A DNA stretch of 63,668 bases, the filler included, from Bigelowiella natans CCMP2755 (taxonomy: Eukaryota > Protista > Cercozoa): NCBI GenBank assembly GCA_000320545.1. It is 4 parts of 4 records of this genome, joined end to end, with 100 filler letters (N's around TTAATTAATTAA, not from the genome) between each part and the next. Parts side by side here need not be neighbours in the genome. Positions count along the whole stretch, not along the records: positions 4,164 to 32,231 come from ADNK01001409.1; positions 32,332 to 58,731 come from ADNK01001235.1; 2 more parts are not named here. One strand, written 5' to 3'. Positions within the stretch are counted from its first letter, which is position 1; every line of letters begins with the position of its first letter. Shown piece after piece: positions 22,159 through 35,436 of this stretch. The notes beneath the pieces were generated by a model. It made no database searches. It was not told where the DNA came from and worked only from the letters and a program-made list of their open reading frames with translations. The position numbers were made by a program, and so were the translations under genes.

Positions 22159-22790
22159 CATGTGAGTTTCCTTCTGCGACACACCTTACGCCTACCACTA
22201 GCAAGTAGAGTACTATCATCACTGTGTCTTCGCTTAATAGGTTACGGTATGTATAAGGGAGTGCCTTGTTGAAGCACTCGAGATTGTCGATCCTTGTTAT
22301 CCCGGTGCCGCTCAGAAACACTAGGAGCAAGGAACAACATCAATGGATTCCAAAGGTTCTTTCCAACAAGAACGATTCACGTCATGGCAACTGCAAATCT
22401 ACCATGCTGAAGTTTAAACGCTGCATCTGAGATTTCTTCATGGTCGCCCCGAGCAACCAACTCCTTTAGCCAGTATGCAACATTTCAAATAACGGAATTG
22501 TACTTGCGGTGAAATCATTGTACCTTTGGCAAAGATCTCTTTGCAACCAAATTGATCGTGATATCATTGTTCTTATTCTTTCTACATATGAGATCAGAAA
22601 CAACCATAAGCGTTTGGACCACTTTCAATCGTATTCCAATTACCCTTTACGCCTTTCTGCTTTTTTCTTTTTCAGTTTTTCGACCTACAAGTTGATACAC
22701 AGTGGCAATCTTAGTAACGGAGTCTCCGTAAAGTACTTTGTTCCAGTGTAGCAACGCTTGCATTGATTGGGGGGCGGGAGACTGAGCTAT
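19930..22790 (-). CDS. SDS22-type LRR protein with a C-terminal coiled coil, LRRC46-like (5' exons may extend to ~23400)
   Basis: Exons give VFLSGTGITRIDNLECFNK|ITHLHLEDNKITKIQ|GLEYAPLLELLDLSRNRIEK|VDNLSHLKKL, VLLLCGNRIAELQP, SLPESLEELDLRDNKI (22-residue period), and a last exon VQRLKESRFKYDLES...KAATE* (stop 19930-19932). Confidence 0.75.
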
Positions 22791-23510
22791 ACGTTAAATT
22801 GATTGCTCACTCTTCTAGATATCCGGATTTTCTATTCGGTAATTTTTACGTGCTGCACCCGAGTTTCGACATTTCCCGGAAGCAACCTACCTCTGCATAA
22901 AGTCTTCTCCTGACGTCAAACAGGGTAGTTTCCGGGTCCTCGGGGGGTTTTGTTGCTCCACCGTTATTCCCTGGCCCTTTTTCTGCAACAGAACTCCGGT
23001 CTTCTCCCCCTATATTTGCTTCCGATGGTGACTTCGACCCTCCTATCCCTCTCCCTTCTTCTCGTCCTTGGCCGAGCATCGATCGGGGGAGGAGCAGTAT
23101 TTCAAGCGGTTAGGCGATGGTGAATTAATTATTACAACAAACACAGGGGGTTTTACCCATAAGACAACCACAAACACCGATAAATCTGAAGAGGGAATTC
23201 GTCCTCTTGTCGCAGAATGCAATTGTAGAGTATTTTTGAAATATCGTGAGGATTTGACTCGGGGAATTTTCCTGGAAAGTTTTGTCTGTCTGCAGTGTCG
23301 GAACTCGTGGACATAATTCCGTCGGGAAGATATCTTCTGGGCTCCATCGCAAGTTTCGTGATCGCAAGTTTCCTGGCCTGCGACAAAACTTTCCAGAAAG
23401 AATACCTCAATTAATTGATATTACGTAGGTTAAATCACGCTTGAAATATTGACAGGAAATGACAGACTTTACTGTGGCACAGACCTGAACCAGATATCAG
23501 GCCGACAGGC

Positions 23511-24245
23511 GGCGATGGCGCACGTTCCAGCATCCTTCTCCCACCTCTGCAAAGAACTTAGGCTGAAGATAAAGTCATTATAATAAGTTCATATCTTTGA
23601 AATCAAATACAGACAAACCGAACGATGTTTGCATCGATCGAACTCGAATCAAAGATACCACTTTCGATGAAGCAACAACACCCGAAGAAGAACGACTGCT
23701 TCCTGCGACATATCAATCTGACAAACCCGTTCTTTCAGGATTACACCGGATACTCCTTCTCTTATTTTTCTTCTATCGCTTGCAAGGGATGACCGAAAAC
23801 AGACCTTGGTGAAGATGGGTGTTAAGAGGGTTGCTCAACGCAAAAAAATCCTTCTACGGCTGGAACAAATCACGAAGGTCATCATATTTTTGAAACTAAT
23901 CGAAACCTTTTCATTCTTCTGACTTTAATGCATCAATGTATTCAGACTCTGGTTACAAACCCAACCACGGCAGTAGAAATGTATAAACAAGAGTCAACGC
24001 CTTCCAAAGGTGCGTCTAGGAGCAACAATAGCAACGTATCGTATTGTATGATGATGAACCATAATTTTTGTTAGGCGCTAAGGGTGAAGATAAAGACACT
24101 ATAGAACTTAAAGATAAAAATGCAAAACCACTACCATTTTTCCTACACCGCTTATGCCAATCTTAAAAAAGAAAATGAATTAAAGTTGGAAATGCATGTT
24201 CGGGGCAAAACTTCAGAGAATGAAAGTGCGATCAAAACTTCAGTA
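23511..24245 (+). CDS. Probable small SAM-domain protein
   Basis: Exon ~23740-23875 reads ITPDTPSLIFLLSLARDDRKQTLVKMGVKRVAQRKKILLRLEQITK|gt, resembling the C-terminal half of a SAM domain. Other exon joins not resolved. Confidence 0.4.
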
Positions 24246-24249
24246 ATAT

Positions 24250-24950
24250 TTGCGCGTGATGCATGCACAGTGTTTAGTACGTACGTGGCGCATGGTACGT
24301 ACACACAACTATCGTTGTAAAATGGTAGCAGCTGCATCGTGTCTACCTAGGATGAACGTAGCAGTGTACGCATTCATAAAATTCTGTGTTGTCGTAATAA
24401 TACGTCGTTACGTGCACCAGTAGACAGACATCATAGCACAGCCGCGCGCCCCCCGCGCAGGAGCAATATGATACATGTTGAGAAAGAAACACAGAGCCAA
24501 AATAAATTGTGCAAAAAAAGAGACACATAGAGTATAATATATATATCTAGATATGTGCGGATGTAATTAATCAATTAAATTTGCACAATAATCATCCTTA
24601 TGTACTGAGAGTAGCTGTGCAATGGAATGGACACAACATAAGCGCTGTGGCCGCTGCCTTGCATAGCTACCATTTCAAAGATTTAACTACTTCATTACAT
24701 CCGTCTCATATATATGTAGGATGACCATTGGAAAGATTTAATCAATTCATTACATCCGTCTCATATATATGTACAGTGGCCTATGCAGTCAAAGTAGCGG
24801 GGTATGCCATTTGCAAAGAATACACTTCATTTAGCTTGATCACCATCACGATCGTCATTGTGCAGAAATTGATCGATACGCAGATGGAACATCTAGACAT
24901 GGATGAATCGAATCGAATGCATGCCTGGACACCGCACATCATAATGCAGT
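24250..24950. repeat. Intergenic island containing inverted and direct copies of the 11.8-12.5 kb repeat unit
   Basis: The reverse complement of 24558-24624 closely matches 12358-12414; direct copies at ~24640-24703 and ~24714-24758. Confidence 0.8.
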
Positions 24951-25009
24951 GCAACTAAATTGATGGGCAGATCGCTACATTGTCGTTTTTGCTACATTAC
25001 CGTTTCTAC

Positions 25010-25886
25010 TCACGACATTCTTCGCGCTCTTATGCTACGAGTGACTTTTCTTATTGTCGTTGGTCCCTTTTTCCTCTTTTTCTTCAATTTCTCAATATCT
25101 TTCGAGTGAAAAGCCTCAATCTTCGCGACCACCTAGAAATTTTGAAAAAGAAACACATATATTAGGTGCTTGTTCAGATCACACTCTCTTAGATGTGTTG
25201 TTGCTACTTTTGGATCCACAATGTCCGTCATGACGAATTTTGGAATCTGAAAAATATGTAATTTTAGCAGGAGGCAGAGTATTGTAGAGCTGAATCCCAC
25301 CTCGGTCGGATCCCTCCGTGCGTTTGCTGCTAATTCGCGCACGCGTTCATCCCCTGGCCACTGTACAATAGAGTTTGAGGGTTACCGATAATGAATATTA
25401 CATAGTATACCTTAAGTCTTCTCAATGGCTCTTTGTCGTAAATATTTGGGTCGACGATGATCCTTTGCAGCTTCTGTTTTGGGTTGTTTCTGGTTAGGGC
25501 CCAATTTCAACGTATCATGAAAATGCTCACGCTTGCAGCTCGAATCCCAGGGTGAATGGAGATCATCAATCTAGCATCCATGGCCTAACACGGATAATTT
25601 CCTGGGTTTCATCGCTTCACGTGAGATCGATACGATTTCTTTACCTTCCGTTTCAAAGTTCCATTGGATAGCAGCACTTCAACGACCTATGCGATAACAA
25701 AAGATTCTGGGGCACACTTTGAAATTTAGCCATCAATGTCACTTACCGTACGAAATCTAGGATGAGTATCCCAGTAGCGGGGCTCGTCCTTATTGCTGCA
25801 AAATTATAGTTGCTTGAGCAGTCAGTAGTCATCTAAATAGACTTGGAACATCTGGGCGCGCGCGTGTGTGTGCGCATTTGAGTACG

Positions 25887-25929
<43 letters not shown>

Positions 25930-25939
25930 AAAGAGAACG

Positions 25940-25994
<55 letters not shown>

Positions 25995-26004
25995 AAAGAG
26001 AACG

Positions 26005-26057
<53 letters not shown>

Positions 26058-27700
26058 GGGGGGGGGGGTGAGAAAGAGATGGGAAGAGAATTCAGGGATG
26101 AGTGAGAATTTGTGTATTTGTTCAGACAGTTCTGGGTAGCCATTCAATGCGAACCGCCCAAAAAGTCGCCACAATGCGATACGGTCTTGATCAACCTAAA
26201 ATGAGGAAATGTCAAAGAAATGTGGGAGAGAAGCTAGGATCCAGACAACCCAAGGATCATTTGAGAATCGTGCCTCGATTGTAGCCTCTGGGTGTAATCT
26301 ACCAAGCTCGGTGAGAAGTGTCAACGCTATTCCTTGTCGCCGATATCTATGGTATACGAAAATGTCGTGGACCTGAAAAGTATAACATCAATGTTCGGGG
26401 CACTTCCGATGATACGTCGATGTTCAGTCGAAAACCACAGCAACCGACCTGGACAATGGGATGCTTCCCTTTTGGATTTTGAATCAAGTAGACAACATTA
26501 CCTGCGACATGCGCCCCCTAAAGTTTGTGTAGATTGGTGAGGAAAGGTACGAAAAACAAACAAGTTCATTCTTAGGAAATGGGAATACCTCTTTATCTTG
26601 TTTGTAGGCTTCATAAGATGATATTTCAGCCTGAAGTTTCAGCTTCCCCCCAGACATCTTAGAAGGCCCTTCGAATCGGATTACTGGAGGCTTCTCCATC
26701 TCGCCCGCAGGTCTGGGGTCGTAGGTCAATGCGTCTCTGTTGGACAAAACAAGTTTCAGCCACATCTCAATTGAGTTGGAGAGAATTACTTACGGGTCTT
26801 TTTCTCTGCCCTGGTTAACGAAGAGGGGGATTTCTGGCATCTTATTGGCAACGTGGACATCACACCGTGGCCATCTCACCATCGCACCGAGACACAACGC
26901 TGCGAGGAGACAATGCCACCCAACGTTGCGTCGACTCCGATAGCAATAAAACATATCACATTTCTCGAATGCCTCCTTCCTTTTCTCAAACCTCGTTGCA
27001 CATCACAGACTTGCCGCGGCTGCAGGCCAGAACCATAGGCCAGGAGGAGCACACACCAGACAACCAACACGTACAGAAAGAGCAAATCAATTTTCCGAGG
27101 TGTTCCTGTGGAGCCGTACGAAAATAATAACTCTGCAGAAAAATATACGACACGTTTCCAGGATCTCTGGATCTCGGGGGAGTCTCCCGCGATGTATTCG
27201 TGTTAGAGACGGCAGCATGGCAACGAGGGCAACCGTGATCTATTTTTTGGGAATGCGACAACAATTATTTTGTGTTTCTCCGTTAAATACCCTTCAAAAC
27301 TGCACGAAACCAATGATTTCTGAATCCCTTCCCTTAGATCTGGACTTTTGGCGAAGATGCGCACATGAGAAATGCAGTCAGACTTAATATCGCCGACGAA
27401 GCGATAAGGGGATTCCTGGGGTAATATTTGTAAAACGGAGTATGTACGGGAAAGTTGCACAACAATGCAGGACCTCTTAACATTTTCTCCATTCTACACC
27501 CATCCCTGATCGTCATATGACTCTGAAAAAGATATTTCTGGATGCGATTCTATTTTCTCCTTGAATTCATCATATGGAGTGATTATCATGTAAAAATGAC
27601 CTGCATTTTATCTTGGATTCTCACAGAGGCCAGTAGACCAGATTGAACACATCCCTCCCACCCCTTGCGGCCCCATTAATCTCCTGAACAGATCAAATCG
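25010..27700 (-). CDS. Multi-exon protein with PH-like segments (start approximate)
   Basis: Exons ESPYRFVGDIKSDCISHVRIFAKSPDLREGIQKSL, LTYDPRPAGEMEKPPVIRFEG..., GRLLWFSTEHRRIIGSAPNIDVILF, AMDARLMISIHPGIRAAS, and a last exon VVAKIEAFHSKDIEKL...ARRMS* (stop 25010-25012). Confidence 0.45.
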
Positions 27701-27758
27701 CCAGGAAACGGCATATAGTAAATTCATCTGAGCTTCATCGCCACATCTGTTCACAGCC

Positions 27759-28927
27759 ATGGCGTACCTTTTTCGTTCCGAGGACATGCAATACGTCCGT
27801 ATCACCATGTCCAGGGACAAAGCTGAATACTTTACTAAGCGCATTGGGTCTCTTAACGAAGGCAAAGGACTTATCCACGTTGTAGATGTAAGCCAAAAAT
27901 ATTCTCATTGTACTTTGATCCATTCCACTCATGTCGTTCCACTATATTTCAGTTGGCGGACGAGGCAACATTGAAAAGCGAGACAATGAAGGAGTACAAG
28001 AAGCGAATTGTTGCCAGCACCCAGGTCAACCATATAACTTCTCCCTCAGGATCGGAGGAACGTTTTGATATTCATTTCATTTGGTCTGTGACATTGTTTT
28101 CTGAGACTTCCATGATGTTTGAACAGAACGAAAAGCGTCTGGATGAGATTGAGAAATTGATGGTGGATTACAACATCACCATTCCTGACGTAGAGATAAA
28201 CGACGTCAAGATCGCTCGTGGTTGCAACGCTGAATTCGAGGTACAATATGTTTTTCACCTCGTACACAAAGGCCTATGTCTGATGCCTTCATCGATCTTA
28301 GTCAAAATGGGCTGATGTTGAGCGGGACCTTAAAATCAACTCTGGAGCTGTGAAGACACTGCAAAAAGCAATATGCAGGTTGGAAGAGGAACGTTACGTT
28401 CTTCAAGAGTGCAGGGACAACATCAACCTGGATGCTCTCGATGCTGAGGTTACTTTCTCTTCAACTCTTTTACTGGTTTTCGCAGTAGTTTTGAGCGAGC
28501 TCTTCCATTTGCTCAGGTGAAGGAGATGAAGAGGAATACTGGAAGAAACACGGATATCAAGTCTCCTTTGCTTGATGCCGACATTGAGTTGCAAGGAATG
28601 CAGTCAGACGATCAGAAGTTCTATACGTACATTTGTGGTGTGATCCCCGTCGCTCAGCAGATCTTCTTCACCCGTATGCTGTACCGATTAAGCCGCGGAA
28701 ACGCCTTTGTTCGCTACCTCAACATCGAAGATGTAATACTTGCATTTTTCTATGATGAATTGGGCATCTGCATGCAGGAGAGCCTGATATATATGCTGCA
28801 GTAGAGGAAAAGCCATTCTTTGAGTGCTCCCACCCATTCAATGGAAGAGTTTTTTTTTTCCTTTTTTTTTTTCCTGGAATTTTTCGAAATTAATGTCGTT
28901 TAAAATATCTTCCCCCCCCCCCCCCCC

Positions 28928-28964
<37 letters not shown>

Positions 28965-29593
28965 TTTTATGGGGGGGTTTGGGTGGAAGAACTCCTGGAT
29001 CCCGAGAGCGGGGAATACGTGGATAAGTCTGTCTTCTACATCGTATCCATCGGTCGTGGGCTGTCCTCGAAGCTGGCGAAGCTCTGCGACTTCTTCCAAG
29101 CTGCCATATACACTGTGCCTAACAGGGCAGACGAGTACGATAACCGCATCCGAGAGATCGAAAGCGGGGTCCGGGAACGGAAAACCGTGATGGAGTCGAG
29201 TAGGGTTTCGGTGCGCAAAATACTCCGCTCCGTCGCAGATGACGGGAGGGGCTCCTCCCCCATGGCTAACTGGCGCAAGACGCTCTCGAAAGAGAAGATC
29301 CTGTGCGAGACGTTAATGAAGACGCGGCGGTACCTTACCATGATTCGTATGGATGGGTGGGTTCCCGCAACAGACGTCAAGCAGATCAAAACCTGCGTGC
29401 AGGACTTCGATTCGGAGCAGCCGGGCTCCATCGCGATTGATGACATTTTTGACATTGAATCTGCCGAGTTCAAGAAGAATCATGTGAGTAGCCTGAGGAG
29501 AGGAGAACAACTAATCACACAAATGGATGGAGCAGCCCCTCTCTATCTTAGGCGGCATGCTTGCTCACGCGAGATGTCTTGAATCTGTCTCTC

Positions 29594-29632
<39 letters not shown>

Positions 29633-31777
29633 ATTTATTCCCCGGCCTGTATGGGTCCTGGAATTTGTACTCTGGGCACTACTACTACTAATCTTGACAA
29701 TAATACGTTGTTGGTGATGGGCACTACTACTACTAATCTCGACAATAATACTTTGTTGGTGATGTTGTTATCGAGAACAATCCCCTCGTCGTCGTCCACC
29801 TCCTCCTCCTCCTCCTCCTCCTCATTACCTCTTTTCTTTCCCCCCCCCCCCCCCCCCCCTCCTTGCTAGGGCGAGCCGCCGACATACTTCAAGACGAACG
29901 AGTTTACGGGCATCTACCAAGGGATTGTCAACACATATGGTGTTCCTAAGTACAAGGAGGTCGGTCTGTCGGTCTGTCGGTCTGTCGGTCTGTCGGTCTG
30001 TCGGTCTGTCGGTCTGTCGGTCTGTCGGTCTGTCGGTCGTCACAGTGAGAATGGGATCGATAATCGGAATAGTACTACTATAAAAAGCATTACGACGGAA
30101 ACGCATCATGCCAAAGATAGATAGATTCGGAAACGATGGCACCACGGGGGGGGCGTTGTTTCTTGTTGCACGTATCGTACGGCACGGCAACAAACATTGT
30201 TTTTAGTCTTTCCTCGAGCGAGGCATTGATGGTCATTGCCGTGATCTGCTGCTGTATTTGCCGACTTGTGTTATTACTATCTCATCATCTGTCGCTTCTT
30301 CAGGTGAATCCTGGATTATTTACCTGTGTCACTTTCCCCTTCATCTTCGGGGTTATGTACGGAGACATCGGCCATGGCGGCGCTCTCTTCCTCGCTGCCC
30401 TCTATTTTCTCTACTACGAGAATCACTTCCTCGAGCAGCAGCGAAGGGTAACAATTCAATCCGGCTGTAGTTAGCAACACTCGTCGTAGTATCACAATTG
30501 GCAGATAACCGTGCTTTTGTGCTATGATTTCTCTGATGATGATGATGATGATGATGATGGTGATGATGATGGTGATGATGTTGATGTAATCTGCACGCAA
30601 CGTATAAATGGCATCATGAGTGACAACATGTCCGAGGATAGTAGTGCAGAAGAAGGCGGTCAGCAGAGCGAAGCTGAACCACCGATTATGCATGCATACA
30701 AACATAACACTTACTGCTACAACCAACCACAGGGCGAGATGGGGGAGTTGATGAAATACGCCTTTGGAGCAAGATACGCCTTAATCCTGATGGGTTTCTT
30801 CGGATTCTACTGCGGCACGATATATAACGATTTCATCTCTGTGCCGTTGCAAGTGTTCGACTCGATGTGGGTCATGCCTGGCAACCTGACGCAGACGAAT
30901 AACGAGCTCCTGCTCAGAGACGACTCCGCCCATTATCCCTATGGGATTGATTGGAATTGGTGAGATCATGAGTGATGATCATGTTGATCATAGTTATGAT
31001 GATGATGATGGTTGGGCTCCGTGCTTGCGCGCGCGCGCGCGCGTGTGTGTGTGTTTGTGAATATCATCATCTCCATCACCATCCACCGCCGCCACCTCAA
31101 CCCGTGACATCCCGTTACATACCCACCAGGTACCACAGAAAAAACGAGCTGACCTTCTTCAACTCTCTCAAGATGAAGATGTCGGTCATCTTGGGGGTGA
31201 CTCAAATGATGTTCGGTATCTCCCTGGGGGCCTTCAACTACGTGCACTTCGGCGACTACCTCTCCCTCTACTACGTCTGGATCCCGCAGATGCTCTTCAT
31301 GATGTGCACCTTCGGCTACATGTGCTTCATGATCATCTACAAATGGACGATAGACTACAGCGGGGAAGGAGCGGATGAGCCCCCAGCCCTCATCCAGACG
31401 ATGATCAAGATGTTCCTTTCGCCGGGCAAGATCGAGACCCCTTTGTACGACGGCCAGGGTGCAGTGCAGGTGGTGTTGCTGCTGATTGCCGTGGCGACGG
31501 TGCCTGTGATGCTCTTGGTCAAGCCCATCCTTCAGAATAAACAACATGAGGTGATTGATTAAGTAGTAACGAATGAGGAGGAGGAGTCAATGAAACAATC
31601 GATGGATGATGATGACGATGATGATGATGATGATGATGTGTGCTGCTGCTACTACTGCTGCTGCATTCAAGGAGAAGATATGCATCAACAATAACAACAA
31701 CAACAATCGACGACGCCCACCACAGCACAGAATGACTGTGCTGCTGCGAGATAATCGTCTTTGTTTAATAATAATAG

Positions 31778-31832
<55 letters not shown>

Positions 31833-32231
31833 CCTTGAAATGCTACTGTGGCGATTTGGGGAATGGACGACTACTACTACTACTATACTACTACTACTAA
31901 TAATAATACTTGGACATCGATCTTTTGGTTGTGTATGATAATGATGGTGGTGGCGATGATGACATGCTGCTGCTATTATTTATATTACTGACTGCTTACT
32001 GCTCATATGCTGTTGTTGCTGCTGCTGGCTGTGGTGGTGGTGATGATGATCCTATCCCCCCTTCTTCGGTCTTGTAACATTACCAAGCTCTTGCAGGAGG
32101 AACGTGAGCAACTCATACCTGACGGATCAGTGGCGGCAGACCGTAAGAGCAGGTAGTATTCATGGACAATAACAACAACCAACACTATTACTAATAATCA
32201 AAGTCCGCTCATGTGTGCAGCACTGAAGAAG
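27759..32231 (+). CDS. ATP6V0A: V-type H+-ATPase V0 subunit a (3' end runs into the gap)
   Basis: MAYLFRSEDMQYVRI; RMLYRLSRGNAFVR; LLDPESGEYVDKSVF; PPTYFKTNEFTGIYQGIVNTYGVPKYKE; VNPGLFTCVTFPFIFGVMYGDIGHG; ARYALILMGFFGFYCGTIYND; NELTFFNSLKMKMSVILG; PVMLLVKP. Confidence 0.97.
29674..29763 (+). repeat. 45-bp tandem duplication in a V-ATPase intron
   Basis: GGGCACTACTACTACTAATCT(T/C)GACAATAATAC(G/T)TTGTTGGTGAT x2. Confidence 0.9.
29960..30038 (+). repeat. (GTCGGTCT)n 8-bp tandem repeat starting at a splice donor
   Basis: About 9-10 copies directly after ...AAGGAG|GT. Confidence 0.9.
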
Positions 32232-32331
32232 NNNNNNNNNNNNNNNNNNNNNNNNNNNNNNNNNNNNNNNNNNNNTTAATTAATTAANNNNNNNNNNNNN
32301 NNNNNNNNNNNNNNNNNNNNNNNNNNNNNNN
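32232..32331. other. Scaffold gap with TTAATTAATTAA spacer (32276-32287)
   Basis: N-run; the 3' ends of both flanking genes are missing, so the real gap probably exceeds 100 bp. Confidence 0.97.
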
Positions 32332-33188
32332 CACACACACACACACTCACACACACACTTACACACACGCACGCGCGCGCGTGCGGCAGATCACACATAT
32401 GCACACCTTGCACACCCATGCATATATGTGTTTATGTGGATTCGATCCCTTCGCATCAGAGCCAACATAGTGGGGACAGCGATATGCCTCCTGTGCCTGA
32501 GATGCAGAGTTGCATCAAGTGGATGCAGCACCAAAAGAAGCAGGTCATTGCAACAACTCAGTTTGTTTTTAGTGATCAAAGCAGCCAGTATGTTGGTCAC
32601 AACGACGGTGCAGTCTTCTCATACCATAGTCGTTGGTGTCGCCGTCGTCTATCTGCTCATTGGAATAGGCAAATTATAAGGATCCATTCATTTTTTCCCC
32701 CTCCCCCCCCCCCCCCCGTCGCACACATCATAAAATCTCCCCACCCTCGACAAACGCTGGTGGAGGGCTTCCGACAGTTCCAGAGCAGCATCCATCGCCT
32801 GTAGCAGCACGTGAAGGCCCCCGAGACGCAGAGAGAGCAGTGAAACTCCGTCGCCATTATCGCTTTCTTCGCCATGACTATTATCATTATCCTTGCTGCC
32901 TTTGCCGCCTCCGGAAGGACGAATTTTAGGCTTTGGGAGATTTTCAGAAATTGCAGGTGGGCGGCGAATGCCCCCCCCCCCCCTCGCGCTTCCTCTTCTT
33001 CCTGCCTCCCACCTGAGGCAGTAGCGGATGGGTTCCAGCAGCGCCAGCGGCCGACGAGCTAAGGCCTCAAGCGTGACGTGAGAAGACGACGACGATGATG
33101 ACGATGTTAAAGGCGCTGCTGCTGCGGAGCGCCGTCGCAGTCTCTTTCCCTCTCCCTCTAGTCGTGCAGCAGATGTTGATGATGTTGT

Positions 33189-33221
<33 letters not shown>

Positions 33222-33951
33222 CGGTACTTCTGGAAGCCCCAGCAAACGTCGCAACGAGGCGCAGAGCTCTCTCGCGAAGAGCAGAGGCTTCGCTTTGCTG
33301 CTGTTGTTATTCTCGTTGCGTTGGCTGCTTTCAACGGTTGTTGTATCAGCTCCTCTCCTTCTCATGGTGAAGGCAGCGACATCGCCCTTTGCAGATTTAG
33401 CCCTGCCATCACTACTACCACCACCATTCTGAGGCTGCAGAGGCAGAGCAACGGAACAGCAGTCCATCAGCTTGTGAAGGCTCGTGATAATGTATCTAGG
33501 GGAACTAGCGTCTCGAAGCTCATCCCACCGTTGAATCCATTCAAGAGCACTGCTGAGGGAGGACGAGGAGGAGGAGGAGGAGCCTATCGTCCTCGCGCTT
33601 TGCCGGCCAAACCCCTCCCCTCTCTTCTCTTCCACGCGCTGGGCTGTTGCTCTTTGTCGTCGTTGGCGCTTTGGGGGAGGACTGCGGGTTCCATCATGCG
33701 GAGCTCGCTTGCGCTGCTGGTGTTGCCTTTGCTGCTGCTGGTGGTGGTGGTGGTAGTCTCCTATGTGCTGGTTGCGACTCTCCTGTGTGGCCAAAGGCGC
33801 TTTCGCACCAAGTGATGCGAAGAGCTCCGCGACGGCCTTTTCCTCCCCATCCGTGGTAGTAATCATTGGTGTTTTCGAAGATTCTGATGCTGTGTGTGGG
33901 AGGGGGGGGATGGGGAGAGGGGCTGCTTATAACAATCACAAGGATGCATAG

Positions 33952-33990
<39 letters not shown>

Positions 33991-34260
33991 TATACAGCGT
34001 ACACAAACCCTGTATATTGGGAAGCGGTCATGTTACGACGATGAGCACATATGAACATAACTTACTCTTCAGTTGTCGTTTTGATCTTCTCTCTTCTCTT
34101 CCTCCTCTTTCTCCTTCAATGCTGCCCGTCTGCTGTTGCTTTTACACACACACACACACACACACAAACAGGCATCTCATATTTCTCCGTTTATCGTGCC
34201 ACATGTGGTTATTACAAGCTTAATTCGCAGCTCCATCACAATCATCACCATTATCGTTAC

Positions 34261-34296
<36 letters not shown>

Positions 34297-34518
34297 GGAG
34301 ACATGGCACTACTTACCACGAGCCTAGAGATATTCGGGTATCGATCTCGCAACAGTCTATCTAGAAGATGTCGTAGCTGCTCAGGGAGGGGACTGGCAGA
34401 ACAACCAGAATCTTTCTTTCCACCTCCGCTCCCCTCCCCCTCGAAGGATTGGGCTAGTATAGCAGCGAGAGGGGCACGTTCCAGAACCGGCGGGCCGTAT
34501 CTATTTAATTTGTGTATA

Positions 34519-34550
<32 letters not shown>

Positions 34551-34596
34551 AAGAATGTTGTGTGCGTGCGCGCGCACGCATGTTGTGTATGTGTCT

Positions 34597-34641
<45 letters not shown>

Positions 34642-34831
34642 AATTGTGCGATGTATCTATCATTCTCGTTCCTACTGGAGAGCTGAAGCTGCGACGATAA
34701 GCCTGGCTGGAAATGGCAAGGAAGAAGACGAATCTGCCCCCCCCCCTCCTGCTGTCGTTGTTGTGGCTGCTGCCGATGACGCTCCGAAAACATCGGTGGG
34801 ATTCGCAGCGTTAGTGTTGCCGTTGTTGTTG

Positions 34832-34862
<31 letters not shown>

Positions 34863-35389
34863 TAGATTTCGCAGCAGACATCTGCTGGCCGGCAGCGACC
34901 AGAAAGTCCCACGCCAGCGCATCGTGCTGTTTTCGCCCGCCGCGAACAAATATATCAAGTTTTGATAAGTCAGAGCTGCGCCTTGTTTTGTATATCCCAC
35001 AAATTATTCCATCCCCATCCCCCCCCCCCCCCTCTTCTTGTCCCACACCCTGCCTAGATATATACCTGGAGGGCGTAGTAAGCGGCGAGTATAGAGCGGA
35101 CTGAAAGTGGAGGAGAGATAGAGGAGGAAGAGGGGGGGGAGTGCAGTATATTAGGTCGTCTATGATCGCCTCCCGCACCACAAGTTCCGCCATCGTCATC
35201 ATTGTTATCTCCTGATTTTGTAAGAAGTTCCCTAAGAACATTTGCGGGGATGAGCTTCTCCCTAAATGCTCTTGGTGATAGCTCGGTGTTGCTGCTGTCG
35301 TTGCTGCTGGCGCTAGGTGATGATGCTGCCGCCTTCATATCTGCGCGAAAATGATACGTTAGTAGGAGGGCTGCAGAGCACATTGACAT

Positions 35390-35436
<47 letters not shown>

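Noticed and set aside
28733-28990. Apparent non-canonical acceptor or phase mismatch in the V-ATPase intron (IED|ELLDP needs AG before GAACTC)
   Set aside because: One missing G (GGAAG|GAACTC) restores a canonical phase-0 junction and the conserved IExxLxDP spacing. The site borders homopolymer/SSR sequence, so an assembly error is most parsimonious; RNA-seq would settle it.
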